64,000 nucleotides of DNA from an uncultured Pseudomonadales bacterium (GTDB taxonomy: Bacteria > Patescibacteriota > Microgenomatia > UBA1400 > CAYXSR01), in NCBI GenBank assembly GCA_964430265.1, contig CAYSEI010000002.1, positions 141,209 through 205,208 of the forward strand, given 5' to 3'. The position numbers and the translations under genes were made by a program. Numbering within the stretch: the first letter of the stretch is position 1; each line of letters begins with the position of its first letter. Shown here in pieces: positions 40,921 through 50,635 of the stretch. Below the pieces are notes generated by a model. That model saw only the letters and a program-made list of their open reading frames with translations, was not told where the DNA came from and made no database searches.

Positions 40921-41703
40921 ATGAGTTTGCAGATAGCAGTTTTATTAGGCCTTATTCAAGGTCTTACTGAATTTTTGCCTATTTCTTCATCTGGACACTT
41001 AGTTGTGAGCCAAAACTTGTTAGGATTTGATGAGCCACCAATTTTTTTTGATATATTAATACATTTAGGCACTTTAACAGCAGTTATTATCTTTTTTAGG
41101 GAAAAATTATTAAAATTAACACACTTTTTTTTAAAAACACTTAAGACTAAGAAGAGACTTACAAATTATTGTAATAAAGTTATGTTTGCTGTAATTCCTG
41201 TTTTTATATTGGGATTAATATTAAAACCTTTTTTTGGCTTTATTTTTTCTTCTAATACTATAGTAGGAATTTCTCTTTTAATTACCGGAATGATGTTAAT
41301 CTCTAATAGGCTGGTGAAAAATAACAAAGAAGAAATTAAAGATTTAAATATTAAAAAAGCAATATTTATCGGTATAGCTCAAGGACTGGCTATATTGCCT
41401 GGAATATCCCGTTCAGGAGCTACAACTACAGCCAGTGTATGGGCAGGTTTAAAAAAAGAAGAAGCTTTCGAATTTTCTTTTATACTTTTAATACCTACTA
41501 TTATTGGAGCTTTTATTTTTGAAGCAGTTAATATGCAAAATCTTAATTTTAATATAATTAATGGAGCTGTTGGATTTATTACTTCTTTTTTATCAGGATT
41601 TTTTGCTTTAAAAATATTTAAAAAAGTATTTTTGAAAAACAAAATATACTATTTTTCTTTTTACTGCTTTTTATTAGGTTTTTTTGTACTTTTTTTACTC
41701 TGA
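40921..41703 (+). CDS. uppP: Undecaprenyl-diphosphate phosphatase
   Basis: QGLTEFLPISSSGHL, PGISRSGAT. Confidence 0.97.
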   Translation: MSLQIAVLLGLIQGLTEFLPISSSGHLVVSQNLLGFDEPPIFFDILIHLGTLTAVIIFFREKLLKLTHFFLKTLKTKKRLTNYCNKVMFAVIPVFILGLILKPFFGFIFSSNTIVGISLLITGMMLISNRLVKNNKEEIKDLNIKKAIFIGIAQGLAILPGISRSGATTTASVWAGLKKEEAFEFSFILLIPTIIGAFIFEAVNMQNLNFNIINGAVGFITSFLSGFFALKIFKKVFLKNKIYYFSFYCFLLGFFVLFLL

Positions 41704-42083
41704 TAATTTTGAATGGCTTTTTCCAATGCATCGGCTGCCAGGTTTGAGCAGTGCATTTTGGCAGGAGGAAGACCTTCTAAGGCATCTGCAATTGTCTGAT
41801 TAGTAATTTCTTGTGCTTCCTGCAAGCTTTTTCCCTTAACTAACTCTGTTGCCATAGAAGAGGTGGCGATTGCTGCTCCACAACCTAAGGTTTGGAATTT
41901 AATATCCTTTATAAACTCTTTATCATTTTTTTTGCCGATTTTAATATACATCTTCATAACATCTCCACAAACAGGGTTACCTATAGTGGCTACGCCATCG
42001 GGATTTTCCATTTCACCCAAATTTTTGGGACTACGAAAATGCTCTAAAACTTTTTCTGAATATAACTGTTTTATATTGTTCAT
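41661..42083 (-). CDS. iscU: Fe-S scaffold IscU/NifU-N
   Basis: GNPVCGD, GCGAAIA, LPPAKMHCS. Confidence 0.95.
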   Translation of the reverse strand: MNNIKQLYSEKVLEHFRSPKNLGEMENPDGVATIGNPVCGDVMKMYIKIGKKNDKEFIKDIKFQTLGCGAAIATSSMATELVKGKSLQEAQEITNQTIADALEGLPPAKMHCSNLAADALEKAIQNYQSKKSTKKPNKKQ

Positions 42084-43228
42084 AGAGGCGACATCTTTCT
42101 TAACTTTTTAACAATAGGGGGAAGGGTTTGAATTAAATAATCAACGTGTTTTTCAGTATTGTATTTGCCCAAAGAAATTCTTAAAGATCCGTGCGCAATT
42201 TCAGGTTTTATCCCCATAGCTGTCAATACATGCGAAGGTTTTAGAGAACCAGAGGTACATGCTGATCCTGAAGAAGCAGCAATCCCTTTGTCATCCAGCA
42301 TTAAAAGCATTGATTCTCCTTCAATCCCCGGAATAGTAAAGCTGACAATATGCGGAGCTCTTTTAGTTTTGTGTCCGGTTAATTCAATATTAGGGATATT
42401 TTCTGTTAATCCCTTAATTATTTTATCGGCTAAATTCTGTGTTTTACTTTTTGTATCTTCTTTATTTTTGTCCACTAATTCCATTGCTTTTGCCATTCCA
42501 ACAATACCGGCTACATTTTCTGTTCCTGCTCTTTTATTCTTTTCCTGTCTGCCTCCTGTTATTTGTGGAGCTATAGGTGTGCCGGAACGAATATACAAAA
42601 GTCCGCTACCTTTAGGTCCATAAAATTTATGAGCTGATAAAGACAAAAGATCAATTCCAAGTCGTTTAACATCACAATCCAGATATTGAACAGCTTGTAC
42701 AGCATCAGTATGAAAATATATCTTCTGATCAATTGATTTAACATAATTGACCAATTTTTCTATTGGCTGAATAGTTCCTACTTCATTATTGACATACATA
42801 ACTGAAACCAAAACAGTATTTGGTTGTATTGCCTTTTTTAATTTTTCAACACTAGTTCTGCAATTTTTATCCACTGGTAGCCAGGTTAACTCAACATTAT
42901 TTTTCTGCAGAAATTTTGCAGTATCCAAGACAGAATGATGTTCAACACTGGAAACAACAATATGCTTTCCTTGCAATTTTTCTATTAAACCTCTTTGTGC
43001 CAAGTTGTTTGCTTCTGTTGCTCCGCTGGTAAAAATAATTTCTTCAGGACTGCTGTTTAAAAAATTACTTATCTTTTTTCTTGAATCCTCAACTGCCAAA
43101 GCAGCTTCTTGTCCACATTGATGTATAGAGGAAGGGTTACCGAACTTATCAGTGAAATAAGGTTTCATGGCCTTAAAAACTTGCGGATCAACAGGAGTAG
43201 TTGCAGAATGATCTAAATATACTTGCAT
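42080..43228 (-). CDS. iscS: Cysteine desulfurase (group I)
   Basis: YLDHSATTP, HTDAVQ, SAHKFYGPKG, SSGSACTS. Confidence 0.97.
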   Translation of the reverse strand: MQVYLDHSATTPVDPQVFKAMKPYFTDKFGNPSSIHQCGQEAALAVEDSRKKISNFLNSSPEEIIFTSGATEANNLAQRGLIEKLQGKHIVVSSVEHHSVLDTAKFLQKNNVELTWLPVDKNCRTSVEKLKKAIQPNTVLVSVMYVNNEVGTIQPIEKLVNYVKSIDQKIYFHTDAVQAVQYLDCDVKRLGIDLLSLSAHKFYGPKGSGLLYIRSGTPIAPQITGGRQEKNKRAGTENVAGIVGMAKAMELVDKNKEDTKSKTQNLADKIIKGLTENIPNIELTGHKTKRAPHIVSFTIPGIEGESMLLMLDDKGIAASSGSACTSGSLKPSHVLTAMGIKPEIAHGSLRISLGKYNTEKHVDYLIQTLPPIVKKLRKMSPL

Positions 43229-43232
43229 AAAC

Positions 43233-43622
43233 TTAAATTAAATCTTTTAAAGTTAAATTATTTAAAGTCTTGGAAATAGCATCATTAACCTTATTCCATA
43301 CCAATTTGGCTTTACATCCATATTCCTTGTCACATTTACCGTTAGTGCAAGCAACCTCAACAAGAGGCTCTTCCAATGCAGCTACAATCTTTTTTACCGG
43401 AATTTTTTTCGGAGTATTGGCTAAGCGGTATCCACCGGACGCACCGCGAACGCTTTTGACAAGTTTACTCTTTTTTAAGTCTGCAAAAATTTGCTGCAGA
43501 TAAGAAAAAGAAATTCCTTCTTCTTTAGCAATCTGGGACAAGGATTTAGGCTTGTCATCTTCAGTCCTTGCCAGATTTATAACTGCTCGTAATCCGTATT
43601 GGGTTTTTGTAGTTATATTCAT
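43233..43622 (-). CDS. Rrf2/IscR-family regulator
   Basis: YGLRA, SYLQQIF, SVRGASGGY, C-x4-C-x5-C; start taken at MNITTK. Confidence 0.93.
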   Translation of the reverse strand: MNITTKTQYGLRAVINLARTEDDKPKSLSQIAKEEGISFSYLQQIFADLKKSKLVKSVRGASGGYRLANTPKKIPVKKIVAALEEPLVEVACTNGKCDKEYGCKAKLVWNKVNDAISKTLNNLTLKDLI

Positions 43623-43624
43623 TT

Positions 43625-43680
43625 TAATTAATAGTAAATTAGTATGAATTAATTTTAGCACTGAATAAGGTTTTTGTCAA
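43625..43680 (-). promoter_or_regulatory. Promoter and palindromic Rrf2-type operator
   Basis: Minus strand TTGACA-17 bp-TAAAAT; 27-bp imperfect palindrome taattaatagtaaattagtatgaatta at 43625-43651. Confidence 0.7.
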
Positions 43681-43709
43681 AACAAGCTTAAATTTAGTAA
43701 AATACACAT

Positions 43710-44225
43710 ATGTTATTAAACGATCCAAGCTTTTTATTAGCAATAACTGGCATGTTGTTTTTGCTGATTGCCTTTTTTCAAAAATTTCTGCCATATATTC
43801 CTACTGATAAAAAAACAGTAAAAGACATTCAAAAACTAGCAAACAAAAATAAAAACAAACAAAAAGCAGTAGATCTGGGTTCTGGTGACGGTAGGATAGT
43901 TATTGCATTGGCTAAAGCAGGTTATGAAGCACACGGATATGAAATTAATCCGCTTTTAATTCTTCGTTCAAGAAGAAAAATCAAAAAACTAGGCTTGGAG
44001 AATAAAGCATATATACATTGGGGTAATTTCTGGGAAAAAGACTTAGCGTCATTTGATCTTGTTGTGGTTTACGGTATTACTTATGTTATGCAAGATTTAA
44101 AAAACAAATTTTTAAAAGAGCTTAAAAAAAATGCAATCTTTATATGCAATACCTATACTTTTAAAGATTGGAACTATGTTAAGCAAAGTGGAAAAGCGTA
44201 TCTATACAAAATTAGTGATATATAA
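43710..44225 (+). CDS. Membrane-anchored class I SAM methyltransferase
   Basis: N-terminal TM, PYIPT, DLGSGDGR, GYEINP. Confidence 0.9.
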   Translation: MLLNDPSFLLAITGMLFLLIAFFQKFLPYIPTDKKTVKDIQKLANKNKNKQKAVDLGSGDGRIVIALAKAGYEAHGYEINPLLILRSRRKIKKLGLENKAYIHWGNFWEKDLASFDLVVVYGITYVMQDLKNKFLKELKKNAIFICNTYTFKDWNYVKQSGKAYLYKISDI

Positions 44226-44403
44226 ATATATGTATTAATATAATAAAAACATATATTAATATATTATTTATTACATTGATTAGTATTTTGAGATATTTAA
44301 TATTATATTTGAATTTTTTTATTTTTTTCTGCTTTAAAAAAAATAAAAATAATTAAGTAAAGAATGGCTTTAAAACGCAATTTTTAAAAAGTATAATAAG
44401 ATA

Positions 44404-45006
44404 ATGAAATTTATAATTTTTTCCGATATTCACAAAGATTGGGAAGCCTTAAAAAAAGTCTTAAATAAAAAAGCCGATATTTATATATGTTTGGGTGATT
44501 TTACTCAAGTAGGATCGGGTTTAAATAGTGCCGGTAAAATCTTTTCCCAAAAAAAGAAAAATCTTTGGCTTATCCACGGGAATAGTGAAACACCTCAACA
44601 AATCAAACAGATGGAAAATAAATTCGCAATAAAAAATTTTCATAATCAGCTGTTTAAAAAAGGAAAATATAATTTTGCAGGAATGGGCGGATCCAATTTA
44701 ACACCTTTTAATACACCCGGGGATGTTGAGGAAGAACAACTGAAAAAGTGGCTGGAAAATTTTAAAAAGGTTAAGAACCTTCTCTTGTTTACCCATGTAC
44801 CTTCTAAAAATACAAGCTTGGACAAGATTTCAGAAAATATGCATATAGGAAGCAGTGCTGTTAGAGATTTTATTGAAAGGAATCAGCCTTTGTATCATTT
44901 TTCCGGACATGTACACGAAAATGCAGGTAAAAAGGATAGAATCGGCAAAACAAAATGTATCTTGGTAGGAAAAGAAGGGTTTGAACTTGAGTTGTCTGAT
45001 AAATGA
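44404..45006 (+). CDS. Metallophosphoesterase (Icc-like)
   Basis: SDIH, GDF, GN, THVP, GHVHE. Confidence 0.92.
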   Translation: MKFIIFSDIHKDWEALKKVLNKKADIYICLGDFTQVGSGLNSAGKIFSQKKKNLWLIHGNSETPQQIKQMENKFAIKNFHNQLFKKGKYNFAGMGGSNLTPFNTPGDVEEEQLKKWLENFKKVKNLLLFTHVPSKNTSLDKISENMHIGSSAVRDFIERNQPLYHFSGHVHENAGKKDRIGKTKCILVGKEGFELELSDK

Positions 45007-46532
45007 AAAAGACAAGCAGAACATTTTTCTCCTTAATTATTTTAATATTAATAGCTGTTCTGTTTAGTGGTTGTCAAAATGAACAAGAAGACCTAAAATT
45101 AAAACTAAATTCATTGGAAAAAGAAATGGTAAGAAAATCTGCTGTATCAGGAACATTTTATTCTACAAACAAAACCGAGCTAAGTAATCAACTGGATGAT
45201 TTTCTAGCCGGAGCGGAAAAAAATGTTGATCATCCGCAATTAATTATTGTTCCCCATGCAGGATATCTTTATTCAGGTTCAACAGCTGCTGCTGGATTTA
45301 AGCAACTTCAAGACGAGGAAATTTCACGAATAGTTTTAATAGGATTAAGCCACAAACAATTTTTTGATGGATATGCAATTGATGGAAATGATTTTTGGGA
45401 AACTCCCCTTGGCAAAGTTCAGATTGATAAAGAATTTGCCAATAAACTAGTGAACAAAAAATTAGGATTTAAGTTTTCCTCTAAAGCACATGCTGAAGAA
45501 CACTCTTTAGAGGTTCAGTTGCCATTTTTACAAAAAGTCATTGAGGAATTTAAACTTGTTCCAATTCTTTTCGGAGAAACAAAGGAAAAAGACTATTCAG
45601 AAATAGCAGACTTAATAAATAAACTAGCGTATGAAAGAACAGTGATTGTTATTAGCAGTGATTTATCACATTATCCGGACTATAAGACTGCTAAAAAAGT
45701 AGATAAAAAAACTATTGATGCCATCTTAACTGGCAAGCAGGAAATATTTAAAGATACAATAAAAAGACTGGAAAGAGAAAATAAAAATGTTGATACCTGC
45801 GCTTGTAGTAAAGAACCCATAAAATTAGGAATGCAGATTGTTAAAGAAACTGAAGGTGTTTGGAATTTAATAAAATATACAAATTCTGGTGATGTAACAA
45901 ATGAGAAAAACAAGGTTGTGGGATATGCTGCAATTACTTTTTCTCCTAAAGAATTCGGGATTAAAACTAAAAAAAAAGCGGAAGAAATATTGGATTCTAA
46001 AAGTAAAAAAACCTTGTTACAAATTGCCAGACAAACAATTGAAAAATACCTCAAAGATAAAAAGATTCCTGAATATAAGATTAATAATCCGCAATTGGAA
46101 ATTAAAAGAGGAGTATTTGTTACTCTGAAAAGAGGAGAGCAGCTAAGAGGTTGTATTGGAGAATTTAATCCGGAAAAAGAACTTTGGAGACTTGTTCAGA
46201 AAAAGGCAATTGATGCGGCTTTACATGATCCACGATTTGATCCTGTAAGACTTGAAGAACTCAATGATCTGAATTTGGAAATATCAGTTCTTTCACTTCC
46301 TAAAAAAGTTCAAAATTGGCAAGAAGTTGAGGTCGGGAAGCACGGGGTCTTAATTAAAAAAGGATTGCGCGGAGGAACATTCTTACCTCAAGTTGCTGTT
46401 GATGAAGGTTGGGATAAGGAAACATTTTTATCTAATCTTTGTGCTCACAAAGCCGGACTGCCTCCTGAATGCTATAAAGATCCGGAAGTTGAAATTTTTA
46501 CTTACACTGCGGAGGTGTTTAAAGAGGAATGA
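45003..46532 (+). CDS. AmmeMemoRadiSam protein B (Memo) fused to protein A (AMMECR1), with a lipoprotein signal
   Basis: LFSGC lipobox; VPHAGY.YSG, EHSLEVQLPF, SSDLSHY; GVFVTL, LRGCIG, DPRF, FLPQVA. Confidence 0.92.
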   Translation: MKKTSRTFFSLIILILIAVLFSGCQNEQEDLKLKLNSLEKEMVRKSAVSGTFYSTNKTELSNQLDDFLAGAEKNVDHPQLIIVPHAGYLYSGSTAAAGFKQLQDEEISRIVLIGLSHKQFFDGYAIDGNDFWETPLGKVQIDKEFANKLVNKKLGFKFSSKAHAEEHSLEVQLPFLQKVIEEFKLVPILFGETKEKDYSEIADLINKLAYERTVIVISSDLSHYPDYKTAKKVDKKTIDAILTGKQEIFKDTIKRLERENKNVDTCACSKEPIKLGMQIVKETEGVWNLIKYTNSGDVTNEKNKVVGYAAITFSPKEFGIKTKKKAEEILDSKSKKTLLQIARQTIEKYLKDKKIPEYKINNPQLEIKRGVFVTLKRGEQLRGCIGEFNPEKELWRLVQKKAIDAALHDPRFDPVRLEELNDLNLEISVLSLPKKVQNWQEVEVGKHGVLIKKGLRGGTFLPQVAVDEGWDKETFLSNLCAHKAGLPPECYKDPEVEIFTYTAEVFKEE

Positions 46533-47137
46533 AACAATTACTAGTGGCAACAACCAATCCGGGAAAACAAAAAGAGATTCGATTTTTTCTACAGAACCTT
46601 AATATTGAGCAGGTATTTTTACAAGAAAACAATTTTTTAAAAGATTTAATAGATAAAGAGCCGGAGGAATCAGGAAAAGATTTAAAAGAAAATGCAATAA
46701 TTAAAGCTATGTTTTATGCAGAAAAAACAAACAAGTTAACACTTGCAGACGACACAGGTTTAATAGTGGATGTTTTTCCAGACAAGCTGGGTGTTAGGAC
46801 GCATAGGTATGCCAAGGAAACAGAATTAAAAGGATATGAGCGACTCTTAAAAGAGATGAAAGATATTGGACCCCAAAAAAGAACAGCTAGTTTTATTACT
46901 GTTGTAGCTTTATATGATCCTATAGAGAAAAAGACCTATTCTGCTAAAGGGGAAAGTAAAGGAATAATTGCTACAAAACCAGCTGGCAAAAAAGGTTTTG
47001 GATATGACCCGGTTTTTATACCCCTGGGCAAGGAAAAAAGTTTTGCTCAATTGTCAAAGCCAGAGAAACTTAAATTAAGTTCAAGGGGAAAAGCCTTGCA
47101 GAAAATTAAAAAAAATTTAGAAAAATATGAAAGTTAA
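46529..47137 (+). CDS. rdgB: Non-canonical purine NTP pyrophosphatase (HAM1 family)
   Basis: ATTNPGK, ENA..KA, ADDTGL, GFGYDPVF, SSRG. Confidence 0.92.
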   Translation: MKQLLVATTNPGKQKEIRFFLQNLNIEQVFLQENNFLKDLIDKEPEESGKDLKENAIIKAMFYAEKTNKLTLADDTGLIVDVFPDKLGVRTHRYAKETELKGYERLLKEMKDIGPQKRTASFITVVALYDPIEKKTYSAKGESKGIIATKPAGKKGFGYDPVFIPLGKEKSFAQLSKPEKLKLSSRGKALQKIKKNLEKYES

Positions 47138-48125
47138 ACATGCAATTTTTCTTTTTTTTACCGGTATATTAATTGGAATCGGGATCCAATCTTTTTCAAA
47201 AATATCCTTTAAAAAAGCTTTAATTTCTCCAATTACAGAATCTTATGCAAGCAAAAACAAAATAACTTCACCATTGGTAGAGTCAAGTAAAGATGGTAAA
47301 GTTTTGGGAGAGAAGGATTTATCTAAAGAAAAAATAAAGTTTATAAAATCTTCTTTTAAGCCTCAATCAAAATTAAAAAGAAAACACTTTTCCGTAAATG
47401 AAAAAGAAATATCAGAAAAAAATAAGAAGAAAGAAAAAGAAGATATAAAAATATCAGATTACAAAGGTAAAATAAAGATTGCTGTTTTTGGCGATTCCAT
47501 GACCGATTTGATGGGAACAGATTTACCTTATTTAAGAAAAGAACTGGAAAAATATTATTCAGAGGCAGAATTAGAGCTTTTCAACTATGGAATTGGAGCG
47601 GAAAATATTGAAAAAGGTTTAGAAAGATTAGATAAGGCATATAACTATCAAGAAAGAAAATATCAATCAATTTTAGAACAAAATCCCGATATTATTATTC
47701 TTGATCCTTTTGTATATAATCCTTTTTCCAATAGCGAGGCAGAAATGAACAGACATTGGACAGCAATGGTAAAAATTGTAGATAAAATAAAAAGCAGTAC
47801 TGAATCGCAGATCATGTTTTTGGCCACAATTGCGCCTAATAAAAAAGAATTTGGTAAAGGCCCTGCCGGGATAAATTGGCCAGAAGATACTGCCTGGCAG
47901 CATTCTGAAAGGATACATAAGTATATAAAAAATACTATTAAATTTAGTGAGGCAGCAAATCTTCCCTTAATCAATGTTTACGAGAAAACATTAAATAACA
48001 ACAAAGAAGGAAAACTTAAGTATATAAATCCGGGAGACCACATACATCAGAATGTAGCAGGAAATGAATTAATAGCAAAAATAATGGCAGATAAGATCAT
48101 AAAACTGGGATTATATAAAAGGTAA
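47127..48125 (+). CDS. Membrane-anchored SGNH/GDSL hydrolase
   Basis: N-terminal TM, FGDSMT, NYGIG, DHIH. Confidence 0.85.
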   Translation: MKVKHAIFLFFTGILIGIGIQSFSKISFKKALISPITESYASKNKITSPLVESSKDGKVLGEKDLSKEKIKFIKSSFKPQSKLKRKHFSVNEKEISEKNKKKEKEDIKISDYKGKIKIAVFGDSMTDLMGTDLPYLRKELEKYYSEAELELFNYGIGAENIEKGLERLDKAYNYQERKYQSILEQNPDIIILDPFVYNPFSNSEAEMNRHWTAMVKIVDKIKSSTESQIMFLATIAPNKKEFGKGPAGINWPEDTAWQHSERIHKYIKNTIKFSEAANLPLINVYEKTLNNNKEGKLKYINPGDHIHQNVAGNELIAKIMADKIIKLGLYKR

Positions 48126-48284
48126 TTTTTTTGGTAAATTTTGCAGATTACCTTGGGTAAAGAACCATAAAGCAAAAATTATAATAAAAAAGATCAGACT
48201 TATAATTCCTGTTTTGAACAAATCCTTTTTTATTAAGTGTGCGGGAGCAAAAAGAATAGATTCATCTTTATTTTTTTTCTTCAT
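48111..48284 (-). CDS. Small membrane protein
   Basis: MKKK start, IKKDL.K then one TM helix; fills the intergenic gap. Confidence 0.6.
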   Translation of the reverse strand: MKKKNKDESILFAPAHLIKKDLFKTGIISLIFFIIIFALWFFTQGNLQNLPKKLPFI

Positions 48285-48341
48285 TTGTGATAATCTTATC
48301 ATATTGACAAAGTTTGCAAAAGGCCATTAAAATAGGAGAAG

Positions 48342-48830
48342 ATGAACTGGGAAATTATATTTGACAAATATTTTATATTAGGAATTGAAGGTATTTTACT
48401 TGTTTGGTTGGCTGTTTTAACCTTTCTAATAGTAAAAACAAACAAGCATTATACGCGTCTGACAGAGGGAATTACAAAAAAGAATTTAAAAACAGTTCTT
48501 GACAGTATTCTCAATGAAATCAGAAGCATTAATCAAAAAAGTAATAAAATAAACAAGCGCTGTAAAAGCTTGGAATTAGAAAAACAAAAACATTTACAAA
48601 AAGTTGGCTTTGTACGTTTTAATCCTTTTTCTGATACGGGTGGAGATCAAAGCTTTTGCTTGGTATTATTGGATGAGAATGAAAATGGAATAATACTTAG
48701 CTCTTTGCATACCAGAGGAACAACAAGAATCTATGCAAAAGAAGTGGAGCAAGGAAAAGGAAAATCACTTCCTTTGTCCAATGAGGAAAAGGAAGCAATA
48801 AAGAAAGCCAAAAGAGGAGGAAAAAAATGA
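48342..48830 (+). CDS. DUF4446-like protein
   Basis: TM plus coiled coil, VRFNPFSDTGGDQSF, RIYAK, LSNEE; TTGACA-18-TAAAAT upstream. Confidence 0.82.
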   Translation: MNWEIIFDKYFILGIEGILLVWLAVLTFLIVKTNKHYTRLTEGITKKNLKTVLDSILNEIRSINQKSNKINKRCKSLELEKQKHLQKVGFVRFNPFSDTGGDQSFCLVLLDENENGIILSSLHTRGTTRIYAKEVEQGKGKSLPLSNEEKEAIKKAKRGGKK

Positions 48831-50035
48831 AAAAAAGAAAATTTTTAACCGTTTTAGGTTTTTTGGGTCTATATATACTTTCAACCGGTATTTCCTGGGC
48901 AGCATTTAACTATTTTAACAATAATTCCGGAAGTAAAGGAAAAACAGAAATTTCTTCACCATTACCGGATGAAAAAGATGGAGATACACTAATTGATACT
49001 TCTGCTCCTAAAACAGAAGTTTGTATGTTAAACGGAGAAAAGTTTACTAAAGCAGCAAAAGAGCGTTGGCTGGAAAGAAGACCACTTACCGTAATGATAG
49101 AAAATCATGAAGAATCTCGTCCGCAATCTGGATTATCTTCTGCTGATATTGTTTATGAAGCGGTTGCAGAAGGAGGAGTTACCCGTTTTATGGGAGTATT
49201 TTACTGCCGTGCACAAGCTAAAGAAACAATTCTTGGGCCTGTACGCAGTGCCAGAACATACTTTTTGGACTGGGCGTCTGAGTACGGAGGAAATCCTCTT
49301 TATACTCATGTTGGTGGTGCTCACTGTGATCCAGAAACCGGTCACGGATGTTTAAATGGAGCTAAAGCAGATGCATTAGGACAAATCGTTGATTACGGAT
49401 GGTCTGGAGAAAATGATCTTAATCAATTTTCAATTGGTTATCCCACTTTTTGGAGAGACTATGAGAGATTAGGAAGGACAGTGGCAACAGAACATACAAT
49501 GTATTCAACCACAGAGCGGTTGTGGGCAGAAGCTAAAAATAGAGAATGGAATTACCAGAATCCTGAAGGTGAAGCATGGGAAAACTATTTTGTTCCTTGG
49601 AAATTTACCGATTCCACAATAGGTGAAGAAGAAGCAAATTTAATAGAATTTCCTTTTTGGGAAGGATATCAAGAATACTCAGTTAAGTGGGAATATGAAC
49701 CTGAGAGCGGTTTGTACAAAAGGTTTAATGGTGGAGAGCCGCACATGGATAAAAACACTGATCAACAGCTTAAAACAAAAAATATTGCAGTTTTATTTAT
49801 GAGAGAGTCAAGTGCAAATGATGGTTATCCCAACAATGTACACTTATTATATGATAATATAGGAGATGGAGAAGCTTTAGTATTTCAAGAAGGAAAAGTG
49901 ATTGAAGGAGAATGGCAAAAGGACTCACGTTTGGACAGAACTAAGATATTCAATTCTAGCGGTGAAGAAATAGAATTTGTACCAGGCCAAATCTGGCTTG
50001 AAATCCTGCCCCTGGGAACAGAAGTCTCTTATTAA
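48827..50035 (+). CDS. DUF3048 (YerB-like) extracytoplasmic protein
   Basis: VMIEN..RPQSGL..ADIVYE..EGGVTRF, GPVRSAR. Confidence 0.88.
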   Translation: MKKRKFLTVLGFLGLYILSTGISWAAFNYFNNNSGSKGKTEISSPLPDEKDGDTLIDTSAPKTEVCMLNGEKFTKAAKERWLERRPLTVMIENHEESRPQSGLSSADIVYEAVAEGGVTRFMGVFYCRAQAKETILGPVRSARTYFLDWASEYGGNPLYTHVGGAHCDPETGHGCLNGAKADALGQIVDYGWSGENDLNQFSIGYPTFWRDYERLGRTVATEHTMYSTTERLWAEAKNREWNYQNPEGEAWENYFVPWKFTDSTIGEEEANLIEFPFWEGYQEYSVKWEYEPESGLYKRFNGGEPHMDKNTDQQLKTKNIAVLFMRESSANDGYPNNVHLLYDNIGDGEALVFQEGKVIEGEWQKDSRLDRTKIFNSSGEEIEFVPGQIWLEILPLGTEVSY

Positions 50036-50049
50036 TTTAAATAAATTAA

Positions 50050-50631
50050 ATGGCAAAATTAAAAGACTTTATGATTTCCCGAGTGAGGGTAAAGGTCTTA
50101 CAAGCATTTTTATCCAACCCCGGTGAAATGTATTATGTACGCCAGTTGGTAAGGAAAACCAAAGAAGAAATCAATGCTGTCAGAAGAGAGCTTAAACGCA
50201 TGGAGAAAAGAGGCATGGCTAAAAGAGAAGATAGAGCTAACCGCGCATATTATACTTTCAACACCAATTATCAGTTTTATCCGGAATTGGTACATTTAGT
50301 TGCTAAAACAACAGGTCTTGGAAAAGCAATAATTGAGAACCAAAATAAGATGGGTAGAATCAAATATGCAATGCTGAGCGGACATTTTGTCAAAAGAAAA
50401 CCCCACAAACAAACAGAAGTAGATATGCTAATTGTTGGAGACATTGTTCTCCCACAAGTTGCATTGGTGGTTAAAAATGCTGAATCTGAAATAGAAAGAG
50501 AAATTAATTATACTGCAATGGAAGAAGAGGAATTTGAGTTTAGGAAAAGGAGAAAAGATCCCTTTATACAAAGGGTGCTTTTTTCAAGCAGGGTTATGTT
50601 GATTGGTGATGAAGAGAAAATGTTAGAATAA
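50050..50631 (+). CDS. Winged-helix protein with a nucleotidyltransferase-like C-terminal domain
   Basis: YYVRQLVR..INAVRREL HTH; LSG..EVDMLIVG..REINY. Confidence 0.7.
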   Translation: MAKLKDFMISRVRVKVLQAFLSNPGEMYYVRQLVRKTKEEINAVRRELKRMEKRGMAKREDRANRAYYTFNTNYQFYPELVHLVAKTTGLGKAIIENQNKMGRIKYAMLSGHFVKRKPHKQTEVDMLIVGDIVLPQVALVVKNAESEIEREINYTAMEEEEFEFRKRRKDPFIQRVLFSSRVMLIGDEEKMLE

Positions 50632-50635
50632 ATAC

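Noticed and set aside
44221-44400. Replication origin
   Set aside because: No DnaA-box cluster in the spacer and no dnaA/dnaN nearby.
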